Of a stretch of 64,000 nucleotides of DNA, positions 56,917-64,000 are shown in pieces. This stretch comes from Oscillospiraceae bacterium. Its GTDB lineage: Bacteria > Bacillota > Clostridia > Oscillospirales > Acutalibacteraceae. Below the pieces are notes generated by a model. The model worked only from the letters and a program-made list of their open reading frames with translations. It searched no databases and was not told where the DNA came from. The DNA lies in NCBI GenBank assembly GCA_015065925.1, contig SVPL01000003.1, positions 18,422 to 82,421 on the forward strand, read 5' to 3'. Made by a program: the position numbers and the translations under genes. Within the stretch, counting starts at the first letter, position 1. Each line of letters opens with the position of its first letter.

Positions 56917-57747
56917 ATGGATGTTATGGCATTGATAAAGGATTTGTATAATATTTCGGGTGCGCGTGTTTCGGTTCACGATGCAGGCGGCGAGGAGCTA
57001 TATGCCTACCCTTCTAAGCTTTCGCCCTTTTGCGCTAAAATTCAGGAAAACATATTTACCCATAGAAACTGTGTGGATTGTGACCAAAAGGCTTGCTCTA
57101 AGGTATCGGCAACGGGGGAACCCTACATTTACCGTTGCTCCTGCGGACTTTTAGAGGCGGTTGCCCCCATCCATCATCTGGGAGTCATAAACGGCTATCT
57201 GATGATGGGGCAAATCAGGGATGAGCTTAAGGGTAACGACCAGCACATTTTAAAAAGCAGTCGCTCACTTTTTAAAAGCGATGAGGAACAGCTTGAATAT
57301 TTTAATAAAATTCAGGTTTTGGAGTTCAATAAGTTTGAAAGCTACGCCCGACTTATGGGAATTTTGGCAGAATACATAACCAATCACAACCGTTTTCCCT
57401 CAAAGGCAGATAGTCTTCCCGAGCTAATAAAGAAGTACATTTACCAAAACTTTGCCAAAACGGTAACATTGGATAACATAGCAAAAAAGTTCGATTGCTC
57501 AAAATCCACGGTTATGAACAGCTTTAGAAAAAAATACGGAATTACCGTTATTGCCTACCTTAACCAAATCCGTTTAGAGGAGGCGCAAAAGCTAATCTGC
57601 GATACCGAGCTTTCCTTTAAGGAAATTGCCTGCGAATGTGGATTTTACGACCAAAATTATTTTTCAAAACAGTTTACCGAAAAATACGGTTGCTCACCCA
57701 CCACCTTCAGAGCAAGGTGCAAGAAAAATAAATCAAAAGAGATTTAA
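56917..57747 (+). CDS. AraC-family regulator with an N-terminal PocR-type sensory domain
   Basis: The Cys-rich PocR-like N-terminus has FC, C..CD..AC, Y.C.CGL and EAVAPI. The C-terminus is an AraC double HTH. Confidence 0.8.
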   Translation: MDVMALIKDLYNISGARVSVHDAGGEELYAYPSKLSPFCAKIQENIFTHRNCVDCDQKACSKVSATGEPYIYRCSCGLLEAVAPIHHLGVINGYLMMGQIRDELKGNDQHILKSSRSLFKSDEEQLEYFNKIQVLEFNKFESYARLMGILAEYITNHNRFPSKADSLPELIKKYIYQNFAKTVTLDNIAKKFDCSKSTVMNSFRKKYGITVIAYLNQIRLEEAQKLICDTELSFKEIACECGFYDQNYFSKQFTEKYGCSPTTFRARCKKNKSKEI

Positions 57748-57756
57748 CTGTACACA

Positions 57757-57795
57757 AAACGGGGAAGAAGTGGTTTTTGCTTCTTCCCCGTTTAA
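57757..57795. terminator. Bidirectional terminator between the PocR-AraC and GH127-like genes
   Basis: AAACGGGGAAGAAG pairs with CTTCTTCCCCGTTT. Confidence 0.8.
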
Positions 57796-57821
57796 TTATT
57801 TTATTTGTTTTTCGGCTATAA

Positions 57822-59768
57822 TTAAAGATAAACCGAAAACAGCTTGGGATCACTGCTGTCTACATTACCTGCCGATGCAAAATCGCACATAATATATTCA
57901 TATTTTTCACCGTCGGCGGTGATAATTACCCTTGTTGTAGCCAAGGTACCGCTGTTATTTGGAATATGAACCGCCCAAATATCTTCAATATTTTTGCCGA
58001 AAAGGGTATTTTCACCGAACATATCATCTTCCCTTGCTCCGAATTTTTTAGTACGGGCAAGAATAATAGGGCCGCGGCGAAGGGCGATTTTAGAACAGCT
58101 TAACATACTATCCTTATTGCAAAGACCAAATATGCCGTCTCGCCATCTGTGGATATGATAGTCGCTATCCTCGATTTCAAACCAATTGCAGTTAATAACC
58201 TCTACCGACATATCAAAACGGATTTTCATAATAGTGGTATCTGCGTTAAGCTTTACTTCGTAGTAGTCACCGCATACGGGAATATCAACCTCGTCACCTA
58301 AATCAACACGGATTTTTGTATTTTTACTCCAGTCAGGAATTCTGATATAAAGCTTTTGGTTTTGCTCGGGATTTCTTACCGAAATACCCACCCAGCCGCT
58401 ATCAAAATAATTGGCTCCAACCCTTATTTCTGTACCGCCAAAACGCACATAGCTTTGTGTAAATAAATTTATGTAGTACCCCTTTTCGCCCTTTGTTACC
58501 GAAGCTTCAGCCGCATTTGTAAAACCGCGTCCGACATTGTTAAGGCAACAGTGTTGGTAACGGGATTCGCACTGAGGAATTGCGGTCATATGCCTACCCG
58601 CACTGCGAACAAAGAAGGCGCTGTTTTTTCCGTCGGCATAAATACCTGCAATATAAGCGTTTACAAAGGCTTTTTCAAAGGACTCCATATACTTCGCCTC
58701 CCCCGTTAAGGAGAAAAGCTCAAAGCACAGGCGCATCCAATGTAAAACATCACAAATCTCGGTAGCGCTGTCGGGATAATTAGCGGCATTTTGATAGCGC
58801 TCACAGTATCCAACCGAGCCTAAAATATTACTTTCGTAAATAAACAGCAATTCCCAAAAGGCCTTTGATGCATCAAGCAGAATTTCATCACCCGTAATGC
58901 GGTAAAGCTCAATAATACCGTCAAAACAACTGGTCATTTCATATGCCTTGGGAACCCAATCTGCACCTAAATCGTGGCCTTCGTTCAGCTTTTTTTCTGA
59001 CAGTCCGTACCACTCTGCAACAGGGACACCCGATAATGCATTAATTATAAGATTTGGGCGTTCATTATCCTGACGGGACCACTCTTTAACAATGTCTTTG
59101 CCAAAGGTTAAGTATTTTTCATCCCCCGTAATTCTATAAAGAATAAGCATAGGCTTTAAAATGGAACCAGAGGGCATACCGTCCATAACACCGCTATCCT
59201 TAACCCTGGTGCCGTCTTTTTTGAATTTTTCTACTATCCAGTCGGCAAGCTTTACGGCACCCAAAAGGATTTTTTCATCCTCCAGAAGCTCATAAGCCTC
59301 AATAAGCGCCCAAAGGGTATATTTCATACCCCAAACATTCCAACAATAGTTCGACTCCCAACCCGAATAAAATGCGGATTTCACCGTATCTACAGGGTAG
59401 ATGTTATCGGAATTTCTGTAGGTGGAAAGGTAGCCGTCCTTTCTTTGCAAGGAAAGCATTTTATAGCAGGATTTAAGCAAATCCTCTTTTAAATTATTAT
59501 CGCCCGTATACCTACAGCATCTGACACCGCTAAGCATTAATTTGCCCCAAAATTCGCTTCTCCAATAACCAAAGGTGTAAATATCGTCGTACTGAGTTGC
59601 GAAGTAATCCTCAGCCTCACGCAAAACATTTTCTATGGCAAATTTTCCGCTTACCCTTTCAAATATAAAACGGTCAAAGCGGGCGCCGATTTCCCCCTCT
59701 AAAAAGCAGTTGCCAAGAGCTGGAGTTTGCATAATATTTTGTACGGCATAATCTATTTTATATTTCAT
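57822..59768 (-). CDS. Glycoside hydrolase family 127-like (beta-L-arabinofuranosidase, DUF1680)
   Basis: 648 aa with an (alpha/alpha)6-like N-terminal part. The Cys-rich site context (GYCERYQ, YQHCCLNN) resembles the GH127 Zn/Cys centre. Confidence 0.65.
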   Translation of the reverse strand: MKYKIDYAVQNIMQTPALGNCFLEGEIGARFDRFIFERVSGKFAIENVLREAEDYFATQYDDIYTFGYWRSEFWGKLMLSGVRCCRYTGDNNLKEDLLKSCYKMLSLQRKDGYLSTYRNSDNIYPVDTVKSAFYSGWESNYCWNVWGMKYTLWALIEAYELLEDEKILLGAVKLADWIVEKFKKDGTRVKDSGVMDGMPSGSILKPMLILYRITGDEKYLTFGKDIVKEWSRQDNERPNLIINALSGVPVAEWYGLSEKKLNEGHDLGADWVPKAYEMTSCFDGIIELYRITGDEILLDASKAFWELLFIYESNILGSVGYCERYQNAANYPDSATEICDVLHWMRLCFELFSLTGEAKYMESFEKAFVNAYIAGIYADGKNSAFFVRSAGRHMTAIPQCESRYQHCCLNNVGRGFTNAAEASVTKGEKGYYINLFTQSYVRFGGTEIRVGANYFDSGWVGISVRNPEQNQKLYIRIPDWSKNTKIRVDLGDEVDIPVCGDYYEVKLNADTTIMKIRFDMSVEVINCNWFEIEDSDYHIHRWRDGIFGLCNKDSMLSCSKIALRRGPIILARTKKFGAREDDMFGENTLFGKNIEDIWAVHIPNNSGTLATTRVIITADGEKYEYIMCDFASAGNVDSSDPKLFSVYL

Positions 59769-59807
59769 TGAGCTTCAGTTCTTTCACATTTTAAATTGGC
59801 AAAACGC

Positions 59808-62270
59808 CTAAAATTCAATAGTATAGGCAACAAGGGTAATGTCATCCTTTTGATGCTCTCTTGCCTTTTTGAAGGTTATAGTTCTGCTTTCACCCGGAAG
59901 GAGTGAGAAATAACTATCATCGAAAACATATTCGCCCTCAAGCTCTACCGCGTGAACATAGCTGTCGGCAGTAACGGTAATGCCGTTTGCAGTCTGCTCG
60001 GTGATTTTAACTGCATTTGTAGGCGCAATGGGGAGTATACCCTCGCGGTAGAAGGTGCGGTAGATTTTGCCATCTGCATTAAGCTCGGCAATAAGCATTT
60101 CGCCCTCACCAATAACGCTTCTTGCAACGCTCTTAACGATATTGGAAATTGCTCCCTTTGCTGAAATTTCGGTAGTTTCAAGCTTCTTTAAGCCCGATTT
60201 GCTCAAAACATAAAGGGTAAGACTGCCCGAGATGTTGTTAGGCTCATCACTTACAACATAAATATCGTAATTATCCTCATTTTTGGTCATTGAGAGAAGC
60301 ACGGGAGCCGCCGCGCGCTTGAAGGAGTAGAAGGATGCCTTAGGCTGACAGTAGTAGTCTACAAATGCCCAACCGATTGCGGCAGGCCAACAGTCATTCC
60401 ACATCCAGTAAATTTCACCATTACAATAGCCCTTGTTACGGCGGAGATTTTCCAGAGTTATTCTAACCCACTCATACTGACCGTATTTAAGCTTGAATAC
60501 CTTGTCGTCGGAGTCTTTAAACTCACCCAAAACCTTAAAGGCAAAGTTGGCGGCAAACTTAATATTAGGTACCTCGGGAGTGCCAAGGTCCTTGGTGTGG
60601 AAAAGCCACATATCGTCCGAATTAAAGATGTCATCCTCACTCATAAAACGACGAAGGGAAGGAAGACTTGACGCGCCGAGTGTAGGCTCCTCGGAAACAA
60701 AACGGGAGGTAAAGGTGGAGGAGAAATATTCCTTATAATCCACCATATCGGTTTTGTTGATATAGGGGTAAAGAGCGTTGCCAAGGAAGTTAGTGTGATG
60801 TGATGTACCAACCGTAAGGGATTGATATGGAGTACCGCCACAGGGACTGGAGGGCATAAACCTTCTGTTATGGTCCAGCTTCATTAAAATGGGAGCAATA
60901 CTGAGGTGAATTGCCGTTCTGCCGTCATATTCCTCGGAGTCATCAAAGCCTCTTACGGCATTTTCATTATCGCCCGACCACCACATAAGGCAGGGGTGAT
61001 TTCTAAGCTCCTTGGCGGCGTGCTCGGTTTCATTCTTTAGTTGATTTATAAAATAATCGTCATATTCGGGATATTGACCGCAAGCCATTAAAAAGTCTTG
61101 AGTGGTCATAATTCCAAGGCGGTCACATTCATCATAAAAATACTGTCTTTCAAAAATACCGCCGCCCCAAACTCTGAGCATATTTAAATTGGCTTCCTTT
61201 GCAAGGGTTAAAATTTCGGTCAATTTTTCATCTGTTTCGGCAGAGGGGAAGGGCTCTGAGGGTACCCAGTTTGCGCCCTTGCAGAAAACGGGAATACCGT
61301 TAACTCTAAGCTCAAAGCCCGAAAATTCTTCGTTTCGGTCAACCTCTTTACCAAGGTCGGTTGACTTAACGCTAAGAGCCTTTTTGTAGTATTCACCGCC
61401 TACGGCATCCTTTACCTGATAAATAACGGCGGTGCGAATACCAAATTTAAACTCTCTATTATGTATTTTAAGGGTGTAAATGGGCTGTTCACCATAGCCT
61501 GCGGGGTACCAAAGCCTACCGCCCACAATGTTAATGTGATCTTTAAGCTCCTTTTCCTTAACAAAATAGGGATGAGAATGTATAACCTCGCCCTCGGGTG
61601 AAATAACCTCAACAGTAATATGTTCGCCCTTTTCAAAGTTTTTAAACTCTGCCTCAAAGCAGATTTGGGGAGCGTCACCCTCAATACTAACGGTGTAGAT
61701 ATAGGCGTTATCTACCGCAAAATCGTCACCAAGCTCTATGTATGCATCCTTAAAAATACCGGCCGTTACAAATCTTGCAACCCAGTCCCAGCCGTAGGTA
61801 CACTGTATACGGCGGGAGTGAAGTCTTTCATTGGTGAAGGCAGCGGGAAGCTCTTTTCTGCCCTCAACCTCCTTAACGGGGGAACGAAAATGCACCTTAA
61901 GGGTATTTTCACCCTCCTTAAGAAGTCCCGACACATCAATGCGGTGGGTAATAAACATATCGTCTGTAGTGGCAATCTCCTTGCCGTTCAGGTAGATGTT
62001 GGTGTAGGTATCAAGTCCCTCAAAAACAAGCTCAGCCCTTTTGGAAGGCTCAGAAACGGTAAATGTGGTTTCATAGTCAAAGCTTCTGTTTTCTATCCAC
62101 TGACATTTATCGGCATTATCGCGATAAAAAATATCATAATCTATAATATTTTCTTTAATTAAATCGGTATGTACGCAACCGGGAACGGTGCCGTTAAATT
62201 TAAAATCAACCTCACCGTTTTCGTGGTAGCAAACGCCCCTCCAAGCGCCGTTTAAATTAATTTTTTGCAT
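59808..62270 (-). CDS. Glycoside hydrolase family 2, beta-mannosidase-like
   Basis: The N-terminus LNGAWR...GTVPGCVHTDL is typical of GH2 beta-mannosidases. WSGDNEN acid/base motif. 820 aa. Confidence 0.8.
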   Translation of the reverse strand: MQKINLNGAWRGVCYHENGEVDFKFNGTVPGCVHTDLIKENIIDYDIFYRDNADKCQWIENRSFDYETTFTVSEPSKRAELVFEGLDTYTNIYLNGKEIATTDDMFITHRIDVSGLLKEGENTLKVHFRSPVKEVEGRKELPAAFTNERLHSRRIQCTYGWDWVARFVTAGIFKDAYIELGDDFAVDNAYIYTVSIEGDAPQICFEAEFKNFEKGEHITVEVISPEGEVIHSHPYFVKEKELKDHINIVGGRLWYPAGYGEQPIYTLKIHNREFKFGIRTAVIYQVKDAVGGEYYKKALSVKSTDLGKEVDRNEEFSGFELRVNGIPVFCKGANWVPSEPFPSAETDEKLTEILTLAKEANLNMLRVWGGGIFERQYFYDECDRLGIMTTQDFLMACGQYPEYDDYFINQLKNETEHAAKELRNHPCLMWWSGDNENAVRGFDDSEEYDGRTAIHLSIAPILMKLDHNRRFMPSSPCGGTPYQSLTVGTSHHTNFLGNALYPYINKTDMVDYKEYFSSTFTSRFVSEEPTLGASSLPSLRRFMSEDDIFNSDDMWLFHTKDLGTPEVPNIKFAANFAFKVLGEFKDSDDKVFKLKYGQYEWVRITLENLRRNKGYCNGEIYWMWNDCWPAAIGWAFVDYYCQPKASFYSFKRAAAPVLLSMTKNEDNYDIYVVSDEPNNISGSLTLYVLSKSGLKKLETTEISAKGAISNIVKSVARSVIGEGEMLIAELNADGKIYRTFYREGILPIAPTNAVKITEQTANGITVTADSYVHAVELEGEYVFDDSYFSLLPGESRTITFKKAREHQKDDITLVAYTIEF

Positions 62271-62299
62271 AGTTAAAACTCCTTTTTAAGCAAGTATTA

Positions 62300-62995
62300 T
62301 TAATCTCTGTTTTTGCTTATTATACTTAACAACCTTATAAAAAGATTGATAATATCCAAATAAAGGTCTAATGCGCTGTCGATGGCATTGTCGGCAGTTT
62401 TGGGAAACATCTGAGCCTTTTGCCAATCGTAGCCTATATAAAGAGAAAAAATAACAACAAAAATCCAGTTAAAAAGATTTCCCGAATATCCAAAAATAAG
62501 GGCAAAAAAATTAACAATTAAGCTTATTCCCAAAGAAATAAAAAGTGTTCTGCCCATTTTGGCAAATACGCGGGGATAGGTTGCGCCAAGCACCATCATA
62601 ATAGCGGTTACGGCACCTGTTGCAATAATAGCAAATAAAATATCCGAAATATAGTAAGTGGGAAGAACTATAGATAAAAGCGCGCCAATTGGTACAACCA
62701 CTAAATTGTAGCCCAAAAAGCTAAAAATCGGTTTTTGGGATTTAAGGGAAATAATAGTCCCCGTAAGGCATAAAACAAAATAGCCTATTATAAAAATGGG
62801 ATAATTATTGATGGCAAGAGAAGTAAAAAAATCACTAAAAAGCCACACAATAAGCGCGTTTGCAATAAATCCGTACAAAAGCATCCCGCCAATTATAAGA
62901 TTGTAGGTTGAGGATGTAACGGTATCGGCGCCGTTCATTCTGGCGCGCTTGCGCTCATTTGTATTAAATATGGAATTTGTTTTTGCTCCAGACAT
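62300..62995 (-). CDS. Bax inhibitor-1/YccA family membrane protein
   Basis: 7 TM helices and a C-terminal DIINLFIRLL-type motif. ATG at 62995 with a GGAGG RBS. Confidence 0.75.
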   Translation of the reverse strand: MSGAKTNSIFNTNERKRARMNGADTVTSSTYNLIIGGMLLYGFIANALIVWLFSDFFTSLAINNYPIFIIGYFVLCLTGTIISLKSQKPIFSFLGYNLVVVPIGALLSIVLPTYYISDILFAIIATGAVTAIMMVLGATYPRVFAKMGRTLFISLGISLIVNFFALIFGYSGNLFNWIFVVIFSLYIGYDWQKAQMFPKTADNAIDSALDLYLDIINLFIRLLSIISKNRD

Positions 62996-63175
62996 ATAAG
63001 CCTCCAAAATTTTATTTAAATTAAGCAGAAAACTAATTTGTGAATAGGTAAAGTTTTCCTTTTTTGTGGTGAGATTGTTTGTTGAAAAATCATTTTGCAA
63101 GCAATCTTTATTTAGTATTGTATCATAGTAAAAAAAATATTTCAATAAAAAAATTAATCATAATTTAAGTTCTTC

Positions 63176-63226
63176 TTGATTTGACAAAGAAAGTGTGATA
63201 TACTAATAAAAAAGAACATTTGTTTT
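63176..63226 (+). promoter_or_regulatory. lexA promoter with an SOS (Cheo-type) box
   Basis: TTGATT (63176-63181), 17-nt spacer, TGaTATACT (-10 at 63199-63204). AGAACATTTGTTTT at 63213-63226 resembles CGAACN4GTTCG. Confidence 0.65.
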
Positions 63227-63289
63227 ATTAAAAACGCCCTAAAATAGCCCTTTTGGGGATTTTTGTGTTTTAAAAAGGAGAGATTTTTT

Positions 63290-63877
63290 ATGGAAAGGCC
63301 CTCTTTAACCGAAAAACAAGAAAAGGTGTATAAAATAATAGTTGAATATTTGGCAGAGGGCATCCCGCCTACCGTTCGTGAAATTTGCAGGGATGCTAAT
63401 ATTAAATCCACCTCTACGGTACACGGAATTTTAGCCACCCTTGAGGATTATGGGTATATAACCCGTAACGCAGGTAATTCCCGCGGCATCCGTTTAATGG
63501 GCGGTACCCCATCGGCACAGGTGCCCGTTTTAGGCAAAGTAACGGCGGGTAATCCCATTTTGGCGGTGGAGCAGATTGAAGATTACATTCCATACCCCAC
63601 CCGTAGCGCAGACGGTCTTTTTGCCCTTAGAGTATCGGGACTCAGTATGCGTGATGCAGGTATTTTAGACGGCGACCTTATTATTGCCGATAAAAACCTT
63701 TCCTCCCGCGGGGGAGATATTGTGGTTGCTATGATTGAGGACGAAGCCACCGTTAAGCGCTTGGGATTTGAAAACGGTATACCTGTATTATACCCCGAAA
63801 ATCCTGATTTTGAACCTATTCGCGCCGAAAGAATTGATATTTTAGGCAAGGTTGTCGGCAGCTTCAGACAATATTAA
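63290..63877 (+). CDS. lexA: LexA repressor
   Basis: N-terminal wHTH (LTEKQEKVYKIIVEY...PPTVREI). S24 peptidase Ser (VSGLSM) and Lys (VKRL). AAGGAG RBS before the ATG at 63290. Confidence 0.93.
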   Translation: MERPSLTEKQEKVYKIIVEYLAEGIPPTVREICRDANIKSTSTVHGILATLEDYGYITRNAGNSRGIRLMGGTPSAQVPVLGKVTAGNPILAVEQIEDYIPYPTRSADGLFALRVSGLSMRDAGILDGDLIIADKNLSSRGGDIVVAMIEDEATVKRLGFENGIPVLYPENPDFEPIRAERIDILGKVVGSFRQY

Positions 63878-63889
63878 GAGGAAAGATTA

Positions 63890-64000
63890 TGGAAAAAGAA
63901 CAACAGATAGCAAACACCCTTTTGCCCGACGAAAAGATTAAAATCCGCTATGCCCTTTTGGATGAAATTCGCGGATTTTTGGTGCTTTGTATGGTAGTTT
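63890..64000 (+). CDS. 5' part of a membrane protein gene (possibly DUF1624/HGSNAT-like acyltransferase), truncated by the window end
   Basis: GAGGAAAG RBS. The N-terminus MEKEQQ...RYALLDEIRGFLVLCMVV has the R..LDxxRG pattern followed by the start of a TM helix. Confidence 0.35.

Noticed and set aside
54691-57795. Shared GGGGAAGAAGTG core between the terminators at 54691-54733 (reverse complement) and 57757-57795
   Set aside because: Only about 12 nt are shared and the rest of the hairpins differ. This is too short to distinguish from chance.

Overview
This is a 64-kb chromosomal window from a low-GC Gram-positive bacterium that looks like a member of the Clostridia. Supporting signs are the Firmicutes-type rimP-nusA-ylxR-ylxQ-infB-rbfA-nrnA-truB-ribF operon, a SpoIIM-like gene, a PASTA-domain protein and a Cheo-type LexA box. 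I call about 53 protein genes. I saw no rRNA, tRNA or CRISPR array. The housekeeping genes are metA, the translation operon, glpK, trxA-trxB, a short-form metH, pepD, pyk and lexA. The glycan-utilisation genes are two GH2 enzymes, a GH127-like enzyme and nahK, with AraC, PocR-AraC, ROK and DeoR regulators. Several accessory or unusual features stand out. (1) A 4.6-kb phage-derived module (1503-6172, minus strand) contains only a terS-like gene, terL, a portal gene, a TM/coiled-coil protein, a holin and an endolysin. All six ORFs are intact and tightly coupled, and there are no head, tail, integrase or lysogeny genes. (2) A low-GC island of about 6 kb (about 10.85-16.9 kb) begins in the middle of a 1716-aa secreted protein. 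That protein has a DNRLRE-like domain, about eleven Big_2 repeats and a C-terminal domain with a clan-CD-like His/Cys dyad. It is followed by two membrane-tethered small proteins, hairpin-ended repeats after each of them, and an XRE/Cys-rich divergent gene pair with a palindromic operator. A regulator with a LacI-type sugar-binding domain and a C-terminal LuxR HTH lies just upstream. (3) Two enzyme paralogs look degenerate: a zinc-ribbon/PASTA kinase homolog lacking the catalytic HRD aspartate, and an EF-G paralog lacking the catalytic histidine. (4) There are several small repeat families: GGAACG/CGTTCC multi-hairpin intergenic repeats, a shared terminator repeat, and a 278-bp inverted-repeat-bounded structured element in a GH2 leader. 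All functional calls rest on motif recognition by eye. No database searches were run.
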